Positions 1 through 6,919 of a stretch of 24,851 nucleotides of DNA are shown piece by piece; the first letter of the stretch is position 1; each line of letters opens with the position of its first letter. The DNA is from a virus (Duplodnaviria > Heunggongvirae > Uroviricota > Caudoviricetes). The position numbers and the translations under genes were made by a program. The stretch lies in the IMG/VR virus record IMGVR_UViG_2565956714_000001, positions 1 to 24,851 of that record. One strand, 5' to 3'. The notes beneath the pieces were generated by a model. That model was not told the DNA's origin. It did not search any database and was given only the letters and a program-made list of their open reading frames with translations.

Positions 1-1
1 T

Positions 2-118
2 CAGATGAAAGAATTAATCGGTAACGAAGGAGATATTCATGTCACTTGCAACCACAGTGAAGGAGAGCAAGTTACAGAGACGCATGTACACGCAGAAAGC
101 TCTCTGGTATCGCCATAA
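2..118 (+). CDS. partial ORF open from the window edge (3' end of an upstream early-left gene or a short ORF); function unknown
   Basis: Frame 2 is open from the first base to TAA at 116-118. It sits directly upstream of erf, where P22-type phages carry abc genes (positional analogy only). No RBS is visible inside the window. Confidence 0.3.
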   Translation, partial: QMKELIGNEGDIHVTCNHSEGEQVTETHVHAESSLVSP

Positions 119-219
119 TGGTGACCGCGAAGGAATGCGGGTATGCCTTAATTTGTCCCGAGTCGAAGTATTAAATCAGCGTTATTTCCTTGGGGAATGT
201 CCATTCTGAGAACAAACAT

Positions 220-825
220 ATGAGCAAAGAATTTTACGCAAGGCTGGCAGCTATTCAGGAGAATCTGAACGCGCCAAAGAATCAATACAACTCATTCGGC
301 AAATATAAATACAGAAGCTGCGAAGACATTCTTGAGGGTGTTAAGCCGTTACTGAATGGCCTGTTTTTATCAATCAGCGATGAAGTTGTGTTGATTGGTG
401 ATCGGTATTACGTGAAAGCCACGGCAACTATTACTGATGGCGAAAACAGTCATACAGCAACCGCTCTTGCACGAGAGGAAGAAAGCAAGAAAGGAATGGA
501 TTCTGCACAAGTTACGGGAGCCACAAGCTCTTATGCACGCAAGTATTGCCTCAATGGTTTGTTCGGCATTGATGATGCGAAAGATGCAGATACAGACGAG
601 CATAAACATCAGCAGAACGCAGCAGCAAAGCAATCAAAACCATCACCTACACCTGAACAGGTTCTAAAAGCATTCACTGACGCAGCAATGCAGAAAAACA
701 CCGTGGAAGAGCTTAAACAGGCGTTCGCCAAAGCGTGGAAGATGCTCGAAGGCACACCGGAGCAGCACAAAGCGCAGGACATTTACAACATCAGACGAGA
801 CGAATTAGAAGGAGCGGCTGCTTAA
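220..825 (+). CDS. erf: Erf-family single-strand annealing (essential recombination function) protein
   Basis: The translation from MSKEFYARLAAIQENLNAPKNQYNSFGKYKYRSCEDILEGVKPLL matches P22 Erf as I recall it, including the SSYARKYCLNGLFGIDD segment. I chose the ATG at 220 rather than the ORF-track start at 190 because the remembered Erf N-terminus is MSKEFYARL. Confidence 0.92.
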   Translation: MSKEFYARLAAIQENLNAPKNQYNSFGKYKYRSCEDILEGVKPLLNGLFLSISDEVVLIGDRYYVKATATITDGENSHTATALAREEESKKGMDSAQVTGATSSYARKYCLNGLFGIDDAKDADTDEHKHQQNAAAKQSKPSPTPEQVLKAFTDAAMQKNTVEELKQAFAKAWKMLEGTPEQHKAQDIYNIRRDELEGAAA

Positions 826-1208
826 TGGCACATTCGATTACTGTAAGACTAAACAAGCCCGCAAGAGAGTTTCAGGCTGGGGAAAATATCGGATTCAACA
901 TCCGTGCTGGCGTTCAGTATTACGATCGCCAGACAAAAAAGAAAGAATGGACAAACTACAGCGCCGTTGTATTTGCCAAGCCGGGAGCGCAAGCGGATTA
1001 CTATCGTAGCGTTCTGGTTGAAGGAGGCATTGTAGAAATTACCGGAGAAAACATCAGGGTTGATGTTTATCAGGGGCAAAATGGTCAATCAATCACTCTT
1101 GAATTACTGAATGCAAAGATTGGATTTGCAACCTCAGGAAACAGCCAACAGCAGCAAAGTAGCAATCATCAAAATCATCCTGAATACGACGATTCAATTC
1201 CCTTCTAA
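825..1208 (+). CDS. ssb: phage single-stranded DNA-binding protein (SSB-like, OB-fold) with acidic C-terminal tip
   Basis: ATG at 825-827 overlaps the erf stop (TAATG). The protein ends ...PEYDDSIPF, like the DDDIPF tail of E. coli SSB, after a Gln/Ser-rich linker. The N-terminal ~100 aa are OB-fold-like (RAGVQYYDRQTKKKEWTNYSAVVFAK). The 90-nt upstream extension in the ORF track overlaps erf and is rejected. Confidence 0.8.
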   Translation: MAHSITVRLNKPAREFQAGENIGFNIRAGVQYYDRQTKKKEWTNYSAVVFAKPGAQADYYRSVLVEGGIVEITGENIRVDVYQGQNGQSITLELLNAKIGFATSGNSQQQQSSNHQNHPEYDDSIPF

Positions 1209-1231
1209 AGTAGCAACATAAGGATTCCATT

Positions 1232-1528
1232 ATGCCAGCGCCTCTGTATGGTGCGGATGACCCGCGCCGCTGTTCCGGCAATTCCGTATCGGAGGTGCTG
1301 GATAAATTCAGAAAAAACTACGACCTGATAATGTCTCTACCGCAGGAAACGAAAGAGGAAAAGGAATTTCGCCACTGTATATGGCTTGCAGAGAAAGAAG
1401 AACGCGAGCGAATTTACCAGACATCAATCCGACCATTCCGCAAAGCCACATATACCCACTTCCCTGAATATATCGACCCGCGCCTGCGTAATTACCGCTC
1501 ACGCTATGGCGCTATCAGTAATGACTGA
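1232..1528 (+). CDS. hypothetical early-left protein (98 aa)
   Basis: ORF with an AAGGA RBS about 8 nt upstream (taaggattccattATG). It occupies the position that kil-like genes hold downstream of erf in P22; no motif is recognised. Confidence 0.6.
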   Translation: MPAPLYGADDPRRCSGNSVSEVLDKFRKNYDLIMSLPQETKEEKEFRHCIWLAEKEERERIYQTSIRPFRKATYTHFPEYIDPRLRNYRSRYGAISND

Positions 1529-1548
1529 GGAATTTACCATGAGAGGAC

Positions 1549-1706
1549 TTGCATACAATCCCGGCATTCTTCCGGCAGAAATGATTATTCGCCAACGCGT
1601 AAAGCCAATGCCATCGAGAGAGGAATTGCTTAAGAGAAAGAGTTTCGGTTCTGTTAATGACAACAAATATCTGAATGCGATGTTGCGCAAAGGAGGCAAC
1701 CGGTGA
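1549..1706 (+). CDS. hypothetical small protein (52 aa)
   Basis: GAGGAA RBS 7 nt upstream of the ATG at 1549 (ctgaggaatttaccATG). It sits at the position of c3 in P22-type early-left operons (positional only). The longer ORF-track version from 1386 overlaps the previous gene and lacks an RBS. Confidence 0.5.
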
Positions 1707-1786
1707 CTGGACATGCAGCGATCCTCGACATGTGCTGTGGCAGTCGCATGTTCTGGTTAGATAAGAATGACGAACGGGCGAGATAA
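1703..1786 (+). pseudogene. 27-codon GTG-initiated ORF with a SAM-methyltransferase motif-I-like peptide (ILDMCCGS); possible remnant of a methyltransferase gene
   Basis: Translation [27 protein letters not shown]. The hhDxxxGxG-like pattern resembles methyltransferase motif I, but the frame ends after 27 codons. Very tentative. Confidence 0.15.
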
Positions 1787-1836
1787 GCGATCGGTTAAGT
1801 GCTATAGTAATGCGCTTTTGTATTTATGGAGTGAAT

Positions 1837-2535
1837 ATGAAAAATATCCTACTGGCATCATTGTTAGTGGCATCGCCGGGTGCATTTGCAGCCAGCTTTG
1901 ACTGCCAAAAGGCTTCGACAGCAATCGAACATAAAATCTGCGATAACGAACGTCTGTCAAAATTAGACGAACAGCTTAGCTCTGCCTATTCTAGTGCCCT
2001 CAAAGAAAACCCAGAGAACGCAGACACCATAAAAATGGTTCAACGTCAGTGGGTAAATATGCGTGGAAAACTCACTGATAATAAGGCTCTGGAGCTGGCT
2101 TATCTTATCCAAATTAATGGCCTCAAAGGTTTGGGGAGTTCAGTCAGCGTAACAGCGGCCAATGAGATACCCACGTCGACGCAGAAACATTCTGAAGAGC
2201 AGGAAGAAACAAGTAAGGCAGAAGTTAAGTCGGTCAAGAACGGCAATAAGCTAACCTTAGAGTCATTCCGAGCTAAATATGTAGAAGTAGATGGTGAGTA
2301 TTACAGCACGACATCCATTCCTAGAGGCAGTTCGTTCTTGTTCACTTGCGCCAGTCGTATTGCTGATGACCAAGTGAATGTTTGGAAGAAACATGCAGCC
2401 AAAGAGGGCAAAATCGACCTATTCTTTGAGGTTGAGAATCACTTACACACTGCTATGTTGAACGCCAATTTCCAGAAGTTGAATTCAGACCCTGCCAAAA
2501 GAGGTATTTGTAATCTGATTAACGCAGTGCCGTAA
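1837..2535 (+). CDS. secreted/periplasmic DUF1311-like (lysozyme-inhibitor LprI-like N-terminal domain) protein; phage moron
   Basis: N-terminal signal peptide MKNILLASLLVASPGAFA, then FDCQKASTAIEHKICDNERLSKLDEQLSSAYSSAL, which matches the C..A...E..IC....L..LD..L...Y pattern of DUF1311 as I recall it. GGAG RBS before the ATG at 1837; own terminator downstream. Confidence 0.7.
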   Translation: MKNILLASLLVASPGAFAASFDCQKASTAIEHKICDNERLSKLDEQLSSAYSSALKENPENADTIKMVQRQWVNMRGKLTDNKALELAYLIQINGLKGLGSSVSVTAANEIPTSTQKHSEEQEETSKAEVKSVKNGNKLTLESFRAKYVEVDGEYYSTTSIPRGSSFLFTCASRIADDQVNVWKKHAAKEGKIDLFFEVENHLHTAMLNANFQKLNSDPAKRGICNLINAVP

Positions 2536-2543
2536 GTAAATTT

Positions 2544-2575
2544 AGGGCCACAGTTGTGGCCTTAAATATTTTTTC
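2544..2575 (+). terminator. rho-independent terminator after the DUF1311 gene
   Basis: GGCCAC-agtt-GTGGCC hairpin (2546-2561) followed by a T-rich run (ttaaatattttttc). Confidence 0.6.
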
Positions 2576-2741
2576 AGCCTTTTCTTATTTGTAATAAGCA
2601 GTACTTAGTAGTGCTTATAAAACAGAATAAAAAACATATGACTTTGGCGATTACCCAGTAAAGATATTCGAAATAAATGTAAATATCGGCAATGAATAAC
2701 AATCCTCGCACTCGCGGGGATTTCTTTTATATGGGGATAAT

Positions 2742-3542
2742 ATGACCATCCACTTTCACGGCAGCCCAATATGGGGGGATGAGCATGCCCCTACAGATAT
2801 GCTGATTAAAGCCCTTTACCGTGATGGTGGGGCTTTTGTTTCATTTGCCAGACCAGAGCAGATGAAAAAGATTGCCATGTTCCCTTGTGATATACGCCTT
2901 GATAACGGTGCTTTTAGCGACTGGATGAAAGCATTAAAGAAAGGCACTCCGGTAGACTGGAGTAAGAGACGAGCAAAATTCTACGACTTTGTTGGGAAGT
3001 GGTTCAGCAGAATTGAATGGTTTCTTATACCTGACGTTATCGAAGGGACAGAGGCAGAAAACGACGAGCAGATTGAGTTGGTTCCTGATTGGCTAAAATC
3101 AAAAGCGGTTCCGGTCTGGCATACCGACGAATCAATTGAACGTCTTTTACGCCTTTCTAGCAAATTTGAATGGGTGGCGATTGGATACTGCGGACCACAC
3201 AGGCACATACGCTCTAAATGGTGGGAACAGAGAATGGATGAAGTTTTCACTGAGCTTTATATCAATCGTAATTTGAAAGTGAAAATTCATGGTCTTCGAA
3301 TGCTCGACGTGAGAGTTCTTGGTATGTATCCGTTCGCCAGTGCGGATTCTACTAATGTTGCTGTTAACGTACCGAAGACAGAGAAGCGATTTCCTGAGAT
3401 TACCGACAAACTGGCACGCACAGCTGTACTTCGCGCTGCTATTGAAAAGGTGCACCCGCCATCGATATCAGCATGGGTAGACAGAAAGATGAGAGAGCCG
3501 GCGCAAGCCGGTTTTTTATTTGAATTCACCGACGCCGCTTAA
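2742..3542 (+). CDS. hypothetical 266-aa protein; possible TGT-fold (tRNA-guanine transglycosylase / DpdA-like) enzyme
   Basis: Clean ORF bounded by terminators on both sides. Motifs RLDNGAFS, LIPDVIEG, AIGYCGP and FASADSTNV occur in the order and approximate spacing of TGT-family motifs LTDSGGYQ, AFDEC, LMGVGKP and DMFDCV (from memory). No Cys/His zinc site is present. The functional assignment is speculative; the CDS itself is well supported. Confidence 0.6.
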   Translation: MTIHFHGSPIWGDEHAPTDMLIKALYRDGGAFVSFARPEQMKKIAMFPCDIRLDNGAFSDWMKALKKGTPVDWSKRRAKFYDFVGKWFSRIEWFLIPDVIEGTEAENDEQIELVPDWLKSKAVPVWHTDESIERLLRLSSKFEWVAIGYCGPHRHIRSKWWEQRMDEVFTELYINRNLKVKIHGLRMLDVRVLGMYPFASADSTNVAVNVPKTEKRFPEITDKLARTAVLRAAIEKVHPPSISAWVDRKMREPAQAGFLFEFTDAA

Positions 3543-3561
3543 TGCGGATTTCTTTTATCTG

Positions 3562-3588
3562 AACTCGCTACGGCGAGTTTTGTTTTAT
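3562..3588 (+). terminator. rho-independent terminator after the 266-aa gene
   Basis: AACTCGC-tacg-GCGAGTT hairpin followed by TTTGTTTTAT. Confidence 0.6.
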
Positions 3589-3599
3589 GGAGATGATAA

Positions 3600-3767
3600 A
3601 TGCACTTCCGAGTAACAGGTGAATGGAATGGAGAACCATTCAACAGAGTTATCGAAGCAGAGAACATCAACGACTGCTATGACCACTGGATGCTGTGGGC
3701 GCAGATGGCACATGCAGACGTAACCAATATTCGAATTGAAGAACTGAAAGAACACCAAGCCGCCTGA
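3600..3767 (+). CDS. hypothetical small protein (55 aa)
   Basis: ATG at 3600 preceded by GGAG (3590-3593). The stop codon lies within a GC hairpin followed by a T6 run. Translation MHFRVTGEWNGEPFNRVIEAENINDCYDHWMLWAQMAHADVTNIRIEELKEHQAA. Compact, with its own RBS and terminator. Confidence 0.6.
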   Translation: MHFRVTGEWNGEPFNRVIEAENINDCYDHWMLWAQMAHADVTNIRIEELKEHQAA

Positions 3768-3781
3768 TGGCGGTTTTTTAT
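3758..3781 (+). terminator. rho-independent terminator
   Basis: AGCCGCC-tgat-GGCGGT stem followed by TTTTTTA. Confidence 0.6.
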
Positions 3782-3824
3782 TGCCTGATTTGCAGGTTCG
3801 ATTCCCTATTCGGAGATAGCACTC

Positions 3825-4025
3825 ATGCAACACGAACTACAACCTGATTCACTGGTTGATTTGAAATTCATCATGGCTGATACTGGCTTCGGTAAAACCT
3901 TCATCTACGACCGGATTAAGTCCGGCGACCTGCCAAAAGCCAAAGTTATCCACGGGCGAGCAAGATGGTTATATCGTGACCATTGTGAATTCAAAAATAA
4001 GCTCTTAAGCCGCGCCAATGGGTAA
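3825..4025 (+). CDS. torI: TorI-like excisionase / recombination directionality factor (AlpA/Xis-family winged helix)
   Basis: The 66-aa translation MQHELQPDSLVDLKFIMADTGFGKTFIYDRIKSGDLPKAKVIHGRARWLYRDHCEFKNKLLSRANG matches my recollection of E. coli KplE1 TorI. GGAG RBS 9 nt upstream. Confidence 0.85.
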   Translation: MQHELQPDSLVDLKFIMADTGFGKTFIYDRIKSGDLPKAKVIHGRARWLYRDHCEFKNKLLSRANG

Positions 4026-4086
4026 AATAGCGGGTAAAATATTTCTTACATCTAAAAAACATCATTCCAATCAATCCCCTGCCGAT

Positions 4087-4131
4087 GGTGAGGCTTTATA
4101 GAAAAATACCTCACCATTATTTTGTAATTTT
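4087..4131 (+). terminator. possible terminator downstream of torI
   Basis: GGTGAGG ... CCTCACC stem with a large 15-nt AT loop, followed by attattttgtaatttt. Confidence 0.35.
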
Positions 4132-4140
4132 CGCATAGAT

Positions 4141-4179
4141 AAAAGAAAATAAATCACGAATTGTTTAAATTTGTGATTT
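4141..4179 (-). terminator. probable rho-independent terminator of the tailspike gene
   Basis: On the minus strand: AAATCACAAATT-taaac-AATTCGTGATTT (one mismatch) followed by ATTTTCTTTT. Confidence 0.45.
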
Positions 4180-4226
4180 ATTACACGCAATAATTATCAT
4201 GCTTTATTAAACCCTCCAGCTAATCC

Positions 4227-6293
4227 TTATATACTCCTTGAAATTTCAAACCAAATACCACTCAGTCTTTTTAGTGTTATAATTGTGTTGCCTGATATTG
4301 ACGCTATATCTTTTTCTCCTCTTAACCTTATAAGCTTGTTATTATGAATTAACTTTGATCCTATAGACATTCTTACTTGTATTATTTGCCCATCAATTCC
4401 ATTAGAAAAGTAACTTACAACTTTATTGTCAAGGTATATGCTTGGCCCGACAAATGCACTAGATGTGCCTCCCGGAGCAAAATATTCAATAGATGGGTCC
4501 TCAAGAGCGGTAACGTTATCTATTTTATAGAAAGGAGTCCTTCCCCTAATGCTATAGTACTGTGAGTAATTAGCATTTTTTGCTGAAATATCTATGGCAG
4601 AAATTCCTGTCATTAAACTATCATCTTCAACTAAGTATAATATGTGTCTGAAATTACCAGCCTGATGGATTGTTTCTCCATATATATTTATATTACCAAG
4701 AACAACACCATTTAGCTGGCAAAGATAAATAGCACATGCTGAATCACCGTTAGGTGTATATACGTTTCCAGATATGGAATACTCAGTCGTGCTTCCATTA
4801 ATCATCTTGGTAACACTCCTTCTGGAACTGTATATTGCATTATCAGGTAATTTAAGCGTCTGTGATGATTCTATTCCTATACAAGCTACAGATGCTGTTA
4901 TTGTATTATTTTTTAATGAAACATATCGCGAGTTAAAGCAATGTACTCCGTATCTCCAGTCACCTAGTATCATGTTGCCTATTATGTCTATACTGTATGC
5001 ACCTTGTGCAAACTGGATAGCTGCATCATCAGATATGTAACTAGAAGTAGAGGCTGACTGTATATAGTTGTTTGATATCTGTATATATCTAGATTCTCCA
5101 AAAATAATTGCTGATGATTCTGCATTGATTAGCCTATTTCCCTCTATTTTTACACGCTCGCAACCAGTTCCAAGATTTATATTACGATGCGAACCTCCAA
5201 TTAGTATATTCCCTGTAAATTCAGCATTAAATAACCCGAAAGCTTGCACGTTGTGAGTTCCGTTGATAACGGTGTTGTTTGACACAGTTATGTACTGAAT
5301 GGTTTTGTGTTGCGAATTCCATTTTACACTTCCAGTTTCAGTGTCTATGTTGTTTTGTGCTACTAAATATATACCAGCAATACCAACTGTTCCTGCACCA
5401 CTATCAGGATCTATGGGCATCTCAATTGTATTTCCTTCTATGGTATCGTATAAGTTTAGTGATGTGATATCTGTTGTTCCAATACGTATACCATATCGTT
5501 CAGTTCCATCAACACCGAAACCATATACTCTGTTTCTTAGTATTTTGCACCTAGTTGTTGCGCTAAGAAGAATTCCTCCTCTGGCAACACCATTTGCATT
5601 AATGGAACAATCACTAATTTCAAGGTCTGTGTGACCGGAAGTACCTTGCGAAAACAAGCAGACACCACCCTGTGCTGTGACAATCAGGCTAAGATCACTT
5701 ATTTTTTTTATGCCAACAGGTATTTCTACCTGAGAAACGAGATATGTGCTTCCTTTTTTACCTCTTACCCAACGAATTTTCCCAGAAGAACAGTATTTCA
5801 TAGCAGACACTATAGATTCTGTATCATCATTAACCCCATCACCAACAGCGCCGAATTGTTCCGGTGTAACATACAATGATTGATCATACAAAGTTCCAAT
5901 TGGCTGGACGCCAACCATCCCAGAACCAAGTGAAGATGAAAGCTCATACTTAAATTGGTCTGGGTCGTACTTCAACACATTTGGGAAATAAAATTGCTGT
6001 GCACCATACGCATCATAAACAGCCATAGAATGGCCTTGCACTGTAACGAACTTGGCGATCTGTCCGTTATACACAGGATAACCGGCAGAGTTAATAACAA
6101 TTGGTTGTTCTACCTGAACATGTTTACCATCTTCTCGTTCCAGATATACCGGAATCTGGTTTTCAGGATTTACCGGGTCCGTGTCAATTTTACCGATATA
6201 AATTTTTCCATTGGCTACGGCTTTAAAAGAACGCGCCATAGTGAAGAGTTGCGAAGGCATGCTCACTACAACATTGGCTGTAATGTCTGTCAT
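4227..6293 (-). CDS. tailspike protein: P22 gp9-type N-terminal head-binding domain fused to a divergent right-handed beta-helix receptor-binding domain
   Basis: The N-terminus [50 protein letters not shown]...[14 protein letters not shown] matches the P22 gp9 head-binding domain from memory. The remaining ~570 aa are beta-helix-like (NNT/GN/IxG coil repeats) with no P22 similarity, and the DNA there is visibly AT-rich. GGAG RBS upstream on the minus strand. Confidence 0.9.
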   Translation of the reverse strand: MTDITANVVVSMPSQLFTMARSFKAVANGKIYIGKIDTDPVNPENQIPVYLEREDGKHVQVEQPIVINSAGYPVYNGQIAKFVTVQGHSMAVYDAYGAQQFYFPNVLKYDPDQFKYELSSSLGSGMVGVQPIGTLYDQSLYVTPEQFGAVGDGVNDDTESIVSAMKYCSSGKIRWVRGKKGSTYLVSQVEIPVGIKKISDLSLIVTAQGGVCLFSQGTSGHTDLEISDCSINANGVARGGILLSATTRCKILRNRVYGFGVDGTERYGIRIGTTDITSLNLYDTIEGNTIEMPIDPDSGAGTVGIAGIYLVAQNNIDTETGSVKWNSQHKTIQYITVSNNTVINGTHNVQAFGLFNAEFTGNILIGGSHRNINLGTGCERVKIEGNRLINAESSAIIFGESRYIQISNNYIQSASTSSYISDDAAIQFAQGAYSIDIIGNMILGDWRYGVHCFNSRYVSLKNNTITASVACIGIESSQTLKLPDNAIYSSRRSVTKMINGSTTEYSISGNVYTPNGDSACAIYLCQLNGVVLGNINIYGETIHQAGNFRHILYLVEDDSLMTGISAIDISAKNANYSQYYSIRGRTPFYKIDNVTALEDPSIEYFAPGGTSSAFVGPSIYLDNKVVSYFSNGIDGQIIQVRMSIGSKLIHNNKLIRLRGEKDIASISGNTIITLKRLSGIWFEISRSI

Positions 6294-6425
6294 TTAATTT
6301 GCTCCAGATACAAGGAATCACCGCAGCGTGGCTACGGTTGGTGTTTGTTGCATACCGAAATGGTACGATTGTTGATTTGTACAGTAGGTTTTACGATGCC
6401 ATTCCACCCATTTGGTGAGGCATTG

Positions 6426-6683
6426 ATGATGTACAGCAAATACGATGAGGCGCAGTTCCACTTGAGGCTTACGCACGAGTTGCACGCTAAGATTAAGCAA
6501 CGTGCAAAAATGAATAACAGGTCTATCAATTCCGAAATTGTGGCTACGATGGAAGAATCACTCTCCAAACCATCACCTGTAAGCGGGTATCGTGATGAAG
6601 AAGAGAGGCTGGCCTCATTAATCTCGGAACGAGTAAAAGAAGTTGTGGCTGATATCCTTAGAAAAGAAAAAACCCGCAATTAA
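6426..6683 (+). CDS. mnt: Mnt-like ribbon-helix-helix repressor
   Basis: MMYSKYDEAQFHLRLTHELHAKIKQRAKMNNRSINSEIVATMEESLSKPSPVSGYRDEEERLA parallels P22 Mnt as recalled (RHH N-terminus and SKPSPVTGYRNDAERLA C-terminal region). GGTGAGG RBS precedes the ATG. The ORF-track frame from 5955 upstream is antisense to the tailspike and is not counted. Confidence 0.85.
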   Translation: MMYSKYDEAQFHLRLTHELHAKIKQRAKMNNRSINSEIVATMEESLSKPSPVSGYRDEEERLASLISERVKEVVADILRKEKTRN

Positions 6684-6697
6684 GCGGGTTTAGTTGG
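6669..6697. terminator. bidirectional terminator shared by convergent mnt and the arc-ant operon
   Basis: AAACCCGC-aattaa-GCGGGTTT hairpin. The minus-strand reading is followed by TTTTTTC (strong); the plus-strand reading by a weaker TTTAGTTGGTT. Confidence 0.65.
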
Positions 6698-6919
6698 TTA
6701 GTTATCAAAAAGTCCGTACGTTTCTTCTTCTTCAGGTGTAAGGGGAAGAATCTCTACTCTATCTATAGATACCTTTTCAATGTACCCATGAGGTCTACTT
6801 AAAATTAAAGCTCTCTCATGCCACAGAACTCCAAGAATGTGATACCTTCCAGCATCTCCTTTTACCCTGGCTCTTCCTTTGATTCTTGGCGGCATAATGC
6901 CATATCTTTTCTTTGCCAT
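6698..6919 (-). CDS. hypothetical 73-aa protein, last gene of the arc-ant operon
   Basis: Start overlaps the upstream stop by 1 nt (translational coupling). Translation MAKKRYGIMPPRIKGRARVKGDAGRYHILGVLWHERALILSRPHGYIEKVSIDRVEILPLTPEEEETYGLFDN. No family recognised. Confidence 0.55.
   Translation of the reverse strand: MAKKRYGIMPPRIKGRARVKGDAGRYHILGVLWHERALILSRPHGYIEKVSIDRVEILPLTPEEEETYGLFDN

Noticed and set aside
370-667. Two ORF-track frames (370-633 minus, 437-667 plus) inside the erf gene
   Set aside because: They are fully embedded in or antisense to a confidently identified gene, with no RBS; typical chance ORFs.
735-824. Upstream 30-codon extension of the ssb ORF
   Set aside because: It overlaps the erf 3' end in another frame. 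The ATG at 825 forms the TAATG coupling junction and starts the OB-fold-like sequence.
1386-1548. Long version of the small ORF starting at 1386
   Set aside because: It overlaps the preceding 98-aa gene and lacks an RBS; the ATG at 1549 has a GAGGAA RBS.
3793-3806. tRNA gene
   Set aside because: Only a T-arm-like 14-mer is present, with no acceptor or anticodon stems. It is treated as a possible att remnant, not a tRNA.
3585-3833. 82-aa minus-strand ORF
   Set aside because: Antisense to the 55-aa gene and the torI start, running through two plus-strand terminators; no RBS.
4377-6425. Multiple plus-strand ORFs within and antisense to the tailspike gene, including the N-terminal 157 codons of the 5955-6683 frame
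   Set aside because: AT-rich DNA yields long spurious antisense frames. Only the last 85 codons (6426-6683) have an RBS and Mnt-like sequence.
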